This document shows positions 9,565 through 19,851 of a stretch of DNA of 64,000 nucleotides, piece by piece. The stretch's first letter is position 1. Every line of letters begins with the position of its first letter. Made by a program: the position numbers and the translations under genes. Source of the DNA: Thermoplasmata archaeon. Lineage in GTDB: Archaea; Thermoplasmatota; Thermoplasmata; UBA10834. The stretch covers positions 10,632 to 74,631 of the forward strand of contig JBFESP010000002.1 of the NCBI GenBank assembly GCA_041548485.1, in the 5' to 3' direction. The notes under the pieces were generated by a model. That model was given only the letters and a program-made list of their open reading frames with translations, searched no databases and was not told where the DNA came from.

Positions 9565-10342
9565 CGGCATCAGAGTCTTCGCCATCGCCGAGCAGACCGA
9601 CGAGACACCGACCATCCGAACGGTGCGTCTCGACGGATACATGCGAGTCCAGCCGGGACAGTTCGTAATGGTCTGGGTTCCTGGAAAGGACGAATTCCCG
9701 ATGTCGGTGTCCTATCCTGGAGAGCGTTTCGGTATAACTTACAAGGTCGTAGGAGAAGGAACCAGACACCTGTCCGTCATGAAGCCAGGGGAGAAGATAG
9801 GCGTACGAGGACCTTACGGGAAGGGTTACAGCATCGAAGGAGAAAGCGTCCTCGTCGTGGCAGGCGGGACCGGGATGGCGGCACTCGCCCCTATGGTGGA
9901 ACAGGCCGTGGAATCCAACGCTTCCGTGACCGTCGTGCTTGGCGCCAGGACGCGATCGGAACTCCTCTTCAGGGCCAGGTGCGAGCGGTCCGGAGCGGCG
10001 GTGCACATAACGACGGATGATGGTAGCGAAGGCTCCAAGGGTCTTGCGACCGACAAGGCGGGGGAGCTTCTGGAGGCGGGAGACCACGACATGATGTATA
10101 CCTGCGGCCCGGAGAGGATGATCGTCGGGCTGCTGGAGCTCTCCAGAGCGACTGGAGTCCCGGTGCAGGCCTCGCTGGAACGATACATGAAATGCGGCAT
10201 CGGAGTCTGTGATTCCTGCGCGATCGACGGGAAACATGTGTGTGTGGACGGCCCCGTCTTTACCCATGAGGTGTTGTCCAAGCTATCAGACCTAGGTCGG
10301 ACTCGGCTGAGTCCGTCGGGCGGACGGATACCTATTGACTAG
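9551..10342 (+). CDS. pyrK: Dihydroorotate dehydrogenase electron-transfer subunit
   Basis: PGQFVMVW, RGPYG, GGTG and MKCGIGVCDSC...VCVDGPVF (2Fe-2S) motifs. Overlaps pyrD. Confidence 0.93.
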   Translation: MPIDSGIRVFAIAEQTDETPTIRTVRLDGYMRVQPGQFVMVWVPGKDEFPMSVSYPGERFGITYKVVGEGTRHLSVMKPGEKIGVRGPYGKGYSIEGESVLVVAGGTGMAALAPMVEQAVESNASVTVVLGARTRSELLFRARCERSGAAVHITTDDGSEGSKGLATDKAGELLEAGDHDMMYTCGPERMIVGLLELSRATGVPVQASLERYMKCGIGVCDSCAIDGKHVCVDGPVFTHEVLSKLSDLGRTRLSPSGGRIPID

Positions 10343-10369
10343 CACCAGGATACACGACTCTCGGAAGGG

Positions 10370-10403
10370 GGCAGGAGCGGCCATTCTTCCTGCGCTCCCT
10401 GCC
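10370..10403. terminator. Possible hairpin between convergent genes
   Basis: Imperfect inverted repeat GGCAGGAGCG...CGCTCCCTGCC between the convergent stops. Confidence 0.3.
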
Positions 10404-10404
10404 G

Positions 10405-11604
10405 TCATTCTTCTCCGCAGTTCTGCGTTCCCGCATATCCGGAGAGTATGGTTTCCACAATCGCCCAGAACTCATCATCGGACACACGGCCATGCTGCTC
10501 GCCCTTACGTTTGATCTCGCGGACGATCTCGCATACCTGATCCTGAGTGGCTTCCACTTCCCGCTCGGATAGGCGATTCCTCACAATCGACGTTCCCGAG
10601 TGCTTCCCCAAGACAAGACGGCGACGGTTTCCCACAGATTCGGGAGATACGCACTCGTAAGTCATCGGGCAGTTCAGGACTGCAGCGACGTGGATTCCTG
10701 ATTCGTGCGAAAACGCATTCGACCCGATCCATGGCTGGTTCGTAGGCAGGGAGGTCCCCGCCGCCTCGAACACGACCTTTCCGAGTTCCGTCAGCCCTTC
10801 GGTTGATATTCCGATGTCCTTTCCGTACAAGTTCTTGAGGACCATCACCAGTTGTTCGAGGGGCACGTTGCCCGCCCTCTCGCCAATGCCTCCGACCGTT
10901 GTGGCGATGGCCTCAGCTCCCGCGGACAGGGCGGCAATGGAGTTGATAGTCGCGAGGCCGAAATCGTTGTGCAGATGCGCAGAGAGCGGAACACCCACCA
11001 CGGACCTTATTCCACCCACCACATGCGAGATCGCCTCAGGGGACGCGCAGCCGAGCGTGTCCGTGACCCCAACGCGTTCCGCCCCCGCCGCCTTGCAGGC
11101 CTTGTAGATGGCCTTCACAAACTGAAGGTCCGAACGCGTCGTATCCTCGGTGCTCATGCTGACTCTCAGACCGTGATCCACGGCGTAGGCCGTAGCCTTC
11201 GCCGCCCGGTCGAGCACCTGGTCGCGTGACATTTTCAGCTTGTACCGTAGGTGGAGGTCGCTCGTCGCGATGAAGAGGAGGACCATGTCAACATCGCAGT
11301 CGACCGCCGCATCGATGTCCTGCTCAAGGGTCCTCGCGAGACACAGAATTTCAGCGTCCAACCCCAGTCCAGCTACGGCCCTGACCGATTCGCGCTCGGA
11401 ACCAGACACTGCGGGAAAGCCAGCTTCGATCTGGTGGACACCGACTTCGTCCAGCTTGTGCGCTATTGCCACCTTCTGCTCCAGGCTGAAGCGCACCCCA
11501 GGCATCTGCTCGCCATCCCTCAGAGTGCTGTCGTACACCACCACTCTCTCAGGAAGCGGTGGAATGTCCAACTTGTTGAAAAGGCTCAACGAATCTATGT
11601 CCAC
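10405..11604 (-). CDS. Homocitrate synthase / isopropylmalate synthase family (DRE-TIM, no regulatory domain; AksA/NifV-like)
   Basis: DSTLRDGEQ, IEAGFP, HLHNDFGLA, GIGERAGN, AFSHESGIH and LGKHSG motifs. GTG start about 25 nt after TATA-like AAACTTTATAC. Confidence 0.88.
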   Translation of the reverse strand: MDIDSLSLFNKLDIPPLPERVVVYDSTLRDGEQMPGVRFSLEQKVAIAHKLDEVGVHQIEAGFPAVSGSERESVRAVAGLGLDAEILCLARTLEQDIDAAVDCDVDMVLLFIATSDLHLRYKLKMSRDQVLDRAAKATAYAVDHGLRVSMSTEDTTRSDLQFVKAIYKACKAAGAERVGVTDTLGCASPEAISHVVGGIRSVVGVPLSAHLHNDFGLATINSIAALSAGAEAIATTVGGIGERAGNVPLEQLVMVLKNLYGKDIGISTEGLTELGKVVFEAAGTSLPTNQPWIGSNAFSHESGIHVAAVLNCPMTYECVSPESVGNRRRLVLGKHSGTSIVRNRLSEREVEATQDQVCEIVREIKRKGEQHGRVSDDEFWAIVETILSGYAGTQNCGEE

Positions 11605-11749
11605 GTTCGCACAAATCGGCGGTTGAGTATAAAGTTTGTTCTCGCTCCCGTGTGGCAGCTGGCCGTCAGCACGCAGTGACCGCATGAATGTCGAAATCCA
11701 TCCATTATGAAAACAATATATATGGTCTCGATGATTGACGCGTGCAGAT

Positions 11750-11823
11750 GCCGGGGTGACAGAGAGGCCATGTGGCGGACTGCAGATCCGCAGACAGGAG
11801 TTCAAATCTCCTTCCCGGCTCCA
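11750..11823 (+). tRNA. tRNA-Cys (GCA), CCA encoded
   Basis: GCCGGGG...GCGGA-CT-GCA-GA-TCCGC...AGGAGTTCAAATCTCCT TCCCGGC T CCA. TATA-like AATATATA upstream. Confidence 0.95.
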
Positions 11824-11935
11824 AATTATCAAGTTTGATTGATAACTTTATAGCCATGCTGACTATTCGCGGTTCAGAGGGCATCCAACACAATTCTGCG
11901 TAGCCTCTCGAATACATGCGATTTCGGTGTGTGAT

Positions 11936-12307
11936 ATGAAAACACCATGTGAACTAGTGGTTGGTAAGATCCTTCCATCGCTCAGGGCATCGGTAGTGAA
12001 GGAGCTTTCGGGAATGCACGACATGAAACAATCCGAGATAGCCAGGAAGCTTGGAATAACCCAGGCCTCGGTGAGTCAATATCTGAGTGAGGCCAGAGCC
12101 GGGGACGGAAGAATGATCGAGCGGTTCCCGAAGATTCTGTCCTACGCACAGAACATCTCGGAGAAGATTGTTGCAGGGGAGAGCAGGCGTCAATGGTACG
12201 GCGTCCTTTGCGAGGCATGCAGGGACATACGAGAAGACGAAGAGTTCTGCAAGATGCACAGGATAGCCACGAACATCAGCGGATGCAACATCTGCAAGAA
12301 GAAGTGA
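11936..12307 (+). CDS. Archaeal HTH transcriptional regulator with C-terminal Cys cluster (COG2522-like)
   Basis: MKTPCE...LPSLRA, HTH segment QSEIARKLGITQASVSQYL, and C-terminal CxxC...CxxH...CxxC. Confidence 0.8.
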   Translation: MKTPCELVVGKILPSLRASVVKELSGMHDMKQSEIARKLGITQASVSQYLSEARAGDGRMIERFPKILSYAQNISEKIVAGESRRQWYGVLCEACRDIREDEEFCKMHRIATNISGCNICKKK

Positions 12308-12677
12308 TGTCACCGTATCGATCTGGAAAACGACGGTCTGGGCGAGGGCGGCGACCGCTAGCCTCCGTTTCAGGTTCGAGGCCCCCTACCAGCTTCTCGG
12401 AGTAGTCCGATCTCAATCCAGGTCCAGGTCGTCCCATATTCGTCGATGCCATAGTCGCAGTCGAACGGGGAGCGGGTCACCCCCTATCTGTAAGACGGCA
12501 AAACTGCAGGCAGTCGTACCACGACCCGCCGTCGTGACACGCTGTAGCGTGGTTGTAGCATGAAATCTCTGGATTGGAGTCTTGGCACAAACCTCGAAAT
12601 ACTCACTGGAGAAGATGGTACTGATTGACAAGGAGCCCGGGAGCAACGGAAAGTCGAACTTAGCCGCGTGTAGAGAT

Positions 12678-12727
12678 AAAGAATAAAGAAAGGTGTTCGA
12701 CGCCCAATTCGGACATCAACCCACCTT
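12678..12727 (-). terminator. Stem-loop plus U-rich terminator of the secreted-protein gene
   Basis: Minus strand AAGGTG...CACCTT hairpin followed by TCTTTATTCTTT, just after the stop at 12750. Confidence 0.45.
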
Positions 12728-12749
12728 ATGATAGGTTTGTCTGGTTCGA

Positions 12750-13505
12750 CTAGCTGCGCCCACCCGCGGGCAGGAGCGTCAGTTCGACCCAGGTCGATGA
12801 CGAGTCGGCATACACCTCTGTGAACTCGGTCGACACATCGTCAACTCCCGTAATCGTTATCCCCTGCGACACGGTGTCCGCGTACGGCACGTTGTCAGGC
12901 AGCGCTGAACCGATGCTGAAGGTCAGCCTGTAAGCACCCTCTCCACAGCCGAGGAGTCTCGTGTCCCAGTTGTATCCGAACAGAAGACATCCGAGTTGGT
13001 TCACCTCGGCCGAGTACGCGTCGGTGGGTCCGTCCGCCCACAATCCCTCAGCCACCGTGCCATCCCAAACGGATCGGATCACAGCCTTCGAGACAGGGTC
13101 GATCTCCTCGATCTTGAACTCTGCTCGTATCGTGTAGACCGACGCATCGTGGACGTAGTCCCAGAGTATGACCTCCGTACGGATCTTCGCACCAGCCTTG
13201 AACTGGTGCAGCACTATGTCGTCCGACCAGTTGGCCAAGACGTCGACTGGCTCTCCGTAGGCCATGAGGTCGTTCCCGGTCGTCTCGTTGACGAATGGTC
13301 CGAGGTCGAATAGTTCGCCCGTGACATATATTCCCGCAGCGCCGACAATCTCGCCGAAGGCGATGTTCTGATTCAGTTCGAACCCCATCACTTCGGGCTT
13401 GTCCTTCTGATTTCCATTCTCACCCGCAGCCACATTAACGGACAGCGCCGAGAATACAAGCACAACCATGGCTACGACTGATACACATGCTTTCATTGCT
13501 TTCAT
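12750..13505 (-). CDS. Secreted hypothetical protein
   Basis: Sec signal peptide (MKAMK + hydrophobic stretch + VAA|G), acidic beta-rich body. GGGGGT RBS. Confidence 0.7.
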   Translation of the reverse strand: MKAMKACVSVVAMVVLVFSALSVNVAAGENGNQKDKPEVMGFELNQNIAFGEIVGAAGIYVTGELFDLGPFVNETTGNDLMAYGEPVDVLANWSDDIVLHQFKAGAKIRTEVILWDYVHDASVYTIRAEFKIEEIDPVSKAVIRSVWDGTVAEGLWADGPTDAYSAEVNQLGCLLFGYNWDTRLLGCGEGAYRLTFSIGSALPDNVPYADTVSQGITITGVDDVSTEFTEVYADSSSTWVELTLLPAGGRS

Positions 13506-13746
13506 TTTTACCCCCTTCTCCTCGACCCGATAACAGGCTGATCGCGGCTTACTGACAAGCCTCGCTGGATCGCAAGTTCGTGCAGTCCGGAGATAGGTGA
13601 TATCGCTTCTGGTTCAAGATTAGAAGAGTAGTTCATTACTAGAAAAGAAGCGGATGCAGGTCGCTCAGGTTAGGACTGCTAACATGGGCAAATTCCAGGC
13701 AACGAAGATATATAACGATTTGTCAATGCCCTGTCAAGGTCTAACC

Positions 13747-14685
13747 ATGCGCAAGGCGAAAACCCTAGACAGCATCTTGGAAGCGATTGGAGGCACCCCA
13801 ATCGTAAGGCTCGGAAGGATCGTGCCTGACGATGTTGCGACGGTATACGCCAAGATTGAGTCACTCAACCCTATGGGCTCGGTCAAGGACAGAATCGCGA
13901 AGGGGATGATCGACGATGCCGAGAAACATGGCTTCATCCGCGAGGGAACGACGATAATCGAACCGACCTCGGGCAACACGGGCATAGGCCTCGCGATGGT
14001 CTGCGCGGTCAGAGGATACCGACTGATATTGACGATGCCTGACACGATGACCGTCGAACGAAGGAGGCTCCTCGAAGCTCTGGGCGCGGAGCTGGTGCTC
14101 ACACCAGGCAATCAGGGCATGAACGGTGCGATGCAGCGGGCAGAGGACTTGAGCCGGACGGTGGCCGACTCGATTGTTCTGCAACAGTTCAGGAATGCAT
14201 CGAACCCGGCAACACACGCGCAGACGACCGCCGTCGAGATAACGGAGACTTTCGATTCATTGGATGCATTTGTCGCGGGGGTGGGATCCGGGGGCACAAT
14301 ATCAGGCGTCGGACGGGTGCTCAAGCAGAGGTTCCCGGGAATCAGGATAATCGCTGTTGAGCCAACCGACTCGGCGGTGCTGTCGGGAATGGAGCCTGGA
14401 GCGCACGGGATTCAGGGCATAGGAGCGGGGTTCGTGCCGGATATACTGGACACGAGCGTCTACGACTCCGTGGTGGCGGTCTCGACGGAGGATGCTTCCG
14501 CCATGACACGCGCGCTCGCGAGGATGGAGGGTCTGTTTGTCGGAATATCTTCTGGCGCTGCGGTGCATGCCGCGCTCGATGTGGCCAAGGAACTGGGACC
14601 TGGAAGATCCGTGCTGGCAATCCTGCCAGACACCGGGGAAAGATATTTGAGCACTGACCTGTTTGAGGGGAAATCCCATGCCTGA
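13747..14685 (+). CDS. cysK: Cysteine synthase A
   Basis: [46 protein letters not shown] and [10 protein letters not shown] motifs. Confidence 0.95.
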   Translation: MRKAKTLDSILEAIGGTPIVRLGRIVPDDVATVYAKIESLNPMGSVKDRIAKGMIDDAEKHGFIREGTTIIEPTSGNTGIGLAMVCAVRGYRLILTMPDTMTVERRRLLEALGAELVLTPGNQGMNGAMQRAEDLSRTVADSIVLQQFRNASNPATHAQTTAVEITETFDSLDAFVAGVGSGGTISGVGRVLKQRFPGIRIIAVEPTDSAVLSGMEPGAHGIQGIGAGFVPDILDTSVYDSVVAVSTEDASAMTRALARMEGLFVGISSGAAVHAALDVAKELGPGRSVLAILPDTGERYLSTDLFEGKSHA

Positions 14686-15400
14686 GCCAGTGAAGGACGA
14701 CGTGGACGTAGTCATGGAACGCGACCCCGCGGTTAAGAGTCGTGCAGAGGCGACTCTCTTCAGTCCCGGTCTGCACGCGATAAGGTTCCACAGGCTGTCC
14801 CACAGGCTCTATCGGAAGGGGAGGCACAAAACCGCGAGAGCAGTGAACTACTTGGGCCGGGTGCTAACAGGAGCCGATATCCACCCAGGTGCAACCATCG
14901 GGGAACACTTCTTCATCGACCACGCGACTGGCGTAGTCATAGGTGAGACCTCGGAAATTGGCAACAACGTCTCGGTCTACCAGGGAGTCACGCTTGGAGG
15001 CGTGAGCACTGAGAAGAAGAAGCGTCACCCCACCATATGCAACAATGTTGTCATCGGGGCGGGCGCGACGATACTCGGCCCGATAACCATCGGGGACAAT
15101 GTTCGAGTCGGGGCGGGATCGGTGGTTGTCAAGTCCGTTCCTCCGAACTCGACTGTCGTTGGCATTCCCGCCAAGATAGTGAAGCGTACGGGGACGACCA
15201 CCATAGACCTCCACCACGACGAGTTGCCAGATCCCGTCGTCAATGCTTTCGTGGACATGTGTCACAGCTTGTCGGAGATGGAGTATCGGCTGGAGACGAT
15301 CGAGAGGAAGCTCGGCGTGAAGTCCCCGATGAGAATCTCCCCGGAGGAGCCAGCGGAGGCCGCCAAAGAACTCAAATGTCCTCTTGAGGAGAAGCATTAA
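14678..15400 (+). CDS. cysE: Serine O-acetyltransferase
   Basis: [35 protein letters not shown] and KRHPT hexapeptide repeats. Confidence 0.95.
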   Translation: MPEPVKDDVDVVMERDPAVKSRAEATLFSPGLHAIRFHRLSHRLYRKGRHKTARAVNYLGRVLTGADIHPGATIGEHFFIDHATGVVIGETSEIGNNVSVYQGVTLGGVSTEKKKRHPTICNNVVIGAGATILGPITIGDNVRVGAGSVVVKSVPPNSTVVGIPAKIVKRTGTTTIDLHHDELPDPVVNAFVDMCHSLSEMEYRLETIERKLGVKSPMRISPEEPAEAAKELKCPLEEKH

Positions 15401-15433
15401 TAGCCTCTCCAGGCATTGAAGGCGCGGACGGCC

Positions 15434-16891
15434 ATGTCGCTTGTTCTATACAACACCCTCACGAGAAGGAAGGAGCCTTTCCAGCCGATCGAGGATGGAA
15501 AGGTCGGCATGTACGTGTGCGGGGTCACCGTCTACGACAAGAGTCACCTGGGGCACGCGAAATCGGCCATCAACTTCGACCTGATAGTCCGTTACCTGCG
15601 GCACAGGGGCTACGAGGTCAATCACATCACCAACTTCACAGACGTGGACGACAAGATAATCAAGAGAGCCAGGGAACTGTCAATGGATCCCATGACCCTC
15701 TCGAAGCAGATCATAGACGATTACTTCCGCTCCATGGACGCTCTGAAAGTCGGAAGGGCGACCGCATATCCCAGGGCGACCGAGACCATGGGCGACATCA
15801 TCGACATGGTAGAGGGGTTGGTGCGGAAGGGTATCGCATACGAATCGAACGGCTCTGTCTACTTCAGCGTCCGGAGGGCGAAGGAGTACGGCAAGCTGTC
15901 AGGTCAGACTCTTGACCAGATGGTCGCCGGAGCCAGGATAGACCCAAGCGAGGACAAGCGCGATCCGATGGATTTCGCGGTCTGGAAGGCTGCGAAGCCG
16001 GGTGAGATATCCTGGACGAGCCCTTGGGGAGAGGGAAGACCCGGGTGGCACATCGAATGCTCGGCCATGTGCCTGAAGCACATAGGCACGACCGTTGACA
16101 TCCACGGCGGTGGGACGGATCTGATATTCCCCCATCATGAGAACGAGATCCTCCAATCGGAGGCGTACAACGATGCTCGGTTCGTCAAGTACTGGATGCA
16201 CAACGGGATGTTGACGATAGACGAGGAGAAGATGTCTAAATCGCTGAAGAACTTCTTCCTGATCGACGACGTCCTAGCGAGGTACTCACCCGAGGTGGTC
16301 AGGTTCTTCATGCTGAACGCAAACTACAGGCATCCGCTGGAATATGATTCAAGCTCGCTTGACGATTCTAGAAGAGCGCTTGAAACGCTTCAGAACTCGT
16401 ATGACGAGATGAAGGCTCATGTGGCCCTCGCTGACGGGGAGGACGACGCTGAACGGCTGTGCGGAGACGTCTGGTGCGATTTCGAGACCAAGATGGACGA
16501 TGATTTCGCGTCGCGCGATGCGATCGCGGTCATGTACGACCTCGCCAGGGAGGTGAACAGACTCAGGGGCGAAGGACGTCTGAGCAGGAAAGGCGCAGAG
16601 AGCGTCGTCGGGGTCTTCGACAAGTTCAACAACCTGTTCGATGTGCTCGTCTCGGAGAGCCGGCTCAAGTTGGTGAGGGAGGGGGCGCAAGCATTGGACG
16701 AAGCGGATATCGACAGGATGCTTTCTCAGGACCACATCCCGGACGGGGATGTGGATCGACTCGTAAGAGCGAGACAGGAGGCCCGCAAACGCAAGGATTT
16801 CGCCACTGCAGACACCATCAGGGGCTCGCTCGCCGAGAAGGGTGTCGACATCCAGGACACCCAAGAGGGCGCCGTATGGAAACGGAAGTGA
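15434..16891 (+). CDS. cysS: Cysteinyl-tRNA synthetase
   Basis: YVCGVTVYD..HLGH, GRPGWHIECSAM, FPHHENE and KMSKS motifs. Confidence 0.96.
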   Translation: MSLVLYNTLTRRKEPFQPIEDGKVGMYVCGVTVYDKSHLGHAKSAINFDLIVRYLRHRGYEVNHITNFTDVDDKIIKRARELSMDPMTLSKQIIDDYFRSMDALKVGRATAYPRATETMGDIIDMVEGLVRKGIAYESNGSVYFSVRRAKEYGKLSGQTLDQMVAGARIDPSEDKRDPMDFAVWKAAKPGEISWTSPWGEGRPGWHIECSAMCLKHIGTTVDIHGGGTDLIFPHHENEILQSEAYNDARFVKYWMHNGMLTIDEEKMSKSLKNFFLIDDVLARYSPEVVRFFMLNANYRHPLEYDSSSLDDSRRALETLQNSYDEMKAHVALADGEDDAERLCGDVWCDFETKMDDDFASRDAIAVMYDLAREVNRLRGEGRLSRKGAESVVGVFDKFNNLFDVLVSESRLKLVREGAQALDEADIDRMLSQDHIPDGDVDRLVRARQEARKRKDFATADTIRGSLAEKGVDIQDTQEGAVWKRK

Positions 16892-17916
16892 CGGCTGAGT
16901 CGGCCAGGAAGAAGGCCGAGCTGCTCGCAGGCGGACCTGTTCTGCTACCGCGGGATTTCAAACCACCCTTTCCTCCCAGCAGATCGACCGCCGGCCCCGG
17001 AGCCGGGCACCCAGAGATGGTGTTCTCATTCGGAGGGACGAGGGCGAAGAAGGCCATATCGCGCGATTCTGGAGATTTCCTCCTGAGGGATAGCGGCGGA
17101 ACGCTCAGCATAATGAGGGAAGGCAAGCCGTTCATCAAGGAGGTCGAGCTTCAGCCGACCCTGCTCCACGCACCGTTCCAGGCGTTCATCAATGTCGACA
17201 GCAGGTGCGCGTACCGCTGCGTCTTCTGTGGATCCCATCGACTGGAACCGCACGCGACCAAGAATCTCACTGACGACAGGATAGTCGATATGGCTGTGAA
17301 CGCTTCCAAGGAGCGCGGGTTCACGGGGGTCGCCCTGACAAGCGGCGTGGCAAGATCGCCCGCTGACACCACATTGAGGCTGGCAAGGCTGATCGAGCGC
17401 ATACGCGGAGCCCTGCCCGAAACGTCCATCGGGGTCGAACCGTACGTCACGCTCCCGAACCAGGTAGATACGTTGCTGGAGGCAGGGGCCGACGAGATCA
17501 AGATGAACATCGAGTCTTTCGACCGCGACTTGTTCGGGGAGATCTGCCCGGACAGGGACTACGACGTCATCCTCCACGGCATCAGCCACGCCTGCGAGGT
17601 GTTCGGCAGGAACAAGGTCTGCTCGAACATTATCTTCGGCCTGGGAGAAACGGATGAGACAATCCTCAACGGCGTGACGGTCCTGGCCGATATGGGAGCT
17701 GTCGCCACGCTCAGGGCGATAAGGGTGAACGAGCTGAACATAGCCGACCTGGACCGCGTCTTGGGGGACATGCAGCCGGTCACCGCCGACAGAATGCTGA
17801 GCCTCGCAAGGGGACAGAAGAGGATCCTTCAGGGCCATGGTCTCAGCCCGCTCGGATTCAAAACGATGTGTCACGCATGTCTCGCCTGCGACATCGTGCC
17901 GTTCTGGGATGTCTGA
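16876..17916 (+). CDS. Radical SAM protein, biotin-synthase-related family
   Basis: CAYRCVFC motif, IIFGLGETDE, and an extra C-terminal CHACLAC. Overlaps the cysS end. Confidence 0.8.
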   Translation: METEVTAESARKKAELLAGGPVLLPRDFKPPFPPSRSTAGPGAGHPEMVFSFGGTRAKKAISRDSGDFLLRDSGGTLSIMREGKPFIKEVELQPTLLHAPFQAFINVDSRCAYRCVFCGSHRLEPHATKNLTDDRIVDMAVNASKERGFTGVALTSGVARSPADTTLRLARLIERIRGALPETSIGVEPYVTLPNQVDTLLEAGADEIKMNIESFDRDLFGEICPDRDYDVILHGISHACEVFGRNKVCSNIIFGLGETDETILNGVTVLADMGAVATLRAIRVNELNIADLDRVLGDMQPVTADRMLSLARGQKRILQGHGLSPLGFKTMCHACLACDIVPFWDV

Positions 17917-17922
17917 TGAACG

Positions 17923-19590
17923 TCACCTATGAGTGAATACGCATCTCACCTTCGGGACGACCTGTTCCACTCGCACGAACCCGAACCTCTCCAACTGGAC
18001 GGAGGCGTCCTTCGCAGCGACTATCCCGCGCTCCGCAAAGCCCTCCCTGGTGCTGCCGTCGGTCATCAGCACCTCGGCCTCGACCGCAGCCTCCGGTGCC
18101 CAATGGGCGATTGGAACTCCTTCCTTCAGCACTCCAAGATCGTTCCCGTCATATCGCAGGGCGTCTCCGTCGTAGACGACATTGCAGAGGTCCTTGAGCC
18201 GAAGGCGTCCACCCTTCTCGGGCAAGTCGACCCTGCTGAGGTACACGGAACCACCCTTTGGCACCTCCAGCTCCCGGACACCCCTCTCCGGGTGAGCCGG
18301 GTGAAGGGAGGCTCGAGCAGCCAGGTCTGAGGACGACTCCAGCCTCAGCTTGAGGGGGTCGTCGACAAAGAAGTATCGGTTCGAAGAATCGTCGATCAGA
18401 TCCCTGTTGAAGGAGTGCAGCGTCTTCCAGGAGAACTCAATGTCGACCTCCTTCAGACCTGTCTCTACCCAGTACCGACGGATCGCCTCTGGCCTGACGC
18501 CTCGTCTCCTAAGAGCGGAGAGAGTGCCGAGTTGCGGGTCGTCCCACCCAGTATACTTTCCCTCTGCGATGCCGGTAGACATCCCGGAGGTCGAGAGCTG
18601 AGCATCCTCGATCGACACTCGGCCGTAGTGTATGTACACGGGCATCTTCCAGCCAAGGTAGTCGAAGACATACTCCTGCCTGTAGGTATTGTTGAGATGG
18701 TCTTTGCCCCTTAGGACATGCGAGAGATCGAGCTCGTGATCGTCGACTGCGACGGCCAGATTCATCAGAGGGTATACACGGTACTTCGACCCCGTCCTGG
18801 GGTGCGGGGTCTCATCTATCCTGAGCGCAACGAAGTCCCGAATCGCCGGGTTCGGATGGGCGAGGTCGGTCTTCACGACCAGGGATGCCTCCTCCTGGCC
18901 GAAGGTCCCATCGAACATCCCGTCCCATCGCGCGAGCTGGTCTGACACGGCCTGCTCTCGGTGGGGACAGGGGTTCTTCGCGTTCTTGAGGTCGCGCCAA
19001 TCATCGGGCCTGCACGTGCACACATACGCCTTCCCGAGCTCGAGAAGGCGTTTGGAGACCTCGTAGTACAGCTCGAACCTGTCGCTCTGGACGACAGTCT
19101 TGTGTATCTTCACCCCTAGCCACTCCAAGTCCGCAGGTATCGAGTCGTATCCGGCAGGATCGACCCTCGCTGGATCCGTGTCCTCGAACCTGTTGTAGCA
19201 CACACCACCATAGCGTTTGACGTACTCGTCGTTGAGGATGGCCATCCTGCTGTGACCGAGGTGGAGCGGGCCAGATGGATTCGGGGCGACGCGCATCCTC
19301 ACCTCGCCCGTCACGCCAGTCAAATCCGGGAGTTCGAGGTCCTTCGGCCTCGACCCCTTCACCAGCAGCTCGGGCGCGACATCCTCGAGGCTCCTCCTCT
19401 GGGAATCGGTGGACATCGCATTGACTTCCGATAGAACTCCCTTCGCAAGCGACGCGATCTCCTTGGCCCGCGGTCTCAGGTCAGGGTTCTCAGCCATGAC
19501 CTTTCCCAAGACTGCACCTAGATTCGCCCTTCCGTCATAAATGACGGCGTTCTGTAGGGCATACTTGCGAACGAGCGCTCGGAGGTCCAC
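17923..19590 (-). CDS. gltX: Glutamyl-tRNA synthetase (archaeal type)
   Basis: RKYALQNA, RVAPNPSGPLHLGH, RFEDTDP, HVLRGKDH, GWDDP and QLERFGF motifs. Confidence 0.95.
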   Translation of the reverse strand: MDLRALVRKYALQNAVIYDGRANLGAVLGKVMAENPDLRPRAKEIASLAKGVLSEVNAMSTDSQRRSLEDVAPELLVKGSRPKDLELPDLTGVTGEVRMRVAPNPSGPLHLGHSRMAILNDEYVKRYGGVCYNRFEDTDPARVDPAGYDSIPADLEWLGVKIHKTVVQSDRFELYYEVSKRLLELGKAYVCTCRPDDWRDLKNAKNPCPHREQAVSDQLARWDGMFDGTFGQEEASLVVKTDLAHPNPAIRDFVALRIDETPHPRTGSKYRVYPLMNLAVAVDDHELDLSHVLRGKDHLNNTYRQEYVFDYLGWKMPVYIHYGRVSIEDAQLSTSGMSTGIAEGKYTGWDDPQLGTLSALRRRGVRPEAIRRYWVETGLKEVDIEFSWKTLHSFNRDLIDDSSNRYFFVDDPLKLRLESSSDLAARASLHPAHPERGVRELEVPKGGSVYLSRVDLPEKGGRLRLKDLCNVVYDGDALRYDGNDLGVLKEGVPIAHWAPEAAVEAEVLMTDGSTREGFAERGIVAAKDASVQLERFGFVRVEQVVPKVRCVFTHR

Positions 19591-19851
19591 GGTCTCTCGA
19601 TGGATGGGTATCTATAAAAAAGGTGCCAACTACCCTGCCCTGAAGAGCGGGCTAACCTTGGAGACGGTCCCATGGACAGACGACGCCGGCGGCCACGGCA
19701 ACGTACCGTCCAACACGCTTCCGGACGGACTCGCGATGAGCGGGACTAAGACTGATGACTGGCCAGGAGCGGCAAAGAGCGTCCGCATGAAGGCAGCCTC
19801 GGACACGAAAGGATAGATATACGCTCTCGGGCATCCAGAACCGGTGATCTT

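Noticed and set aside
11605..11832. N-terminal extension of the 475-aa homocitrate-synthase ORF
   Set aside because: It overlaps tRNA-Cys and promoter elements. The real start is probably GTG 11604.
19630..19810. Possible C/D-box sRNA (GATGA...CTGATGA) in the gltX-ubiD intergenic region, with similar hints at 1650-1700
   Set aside because: The boxes are incomplete, there is no terminal D box at the expected distance, and I could identify no rRNA/tRNA-complementary guide by eye. It would need snoscan or Infernal.
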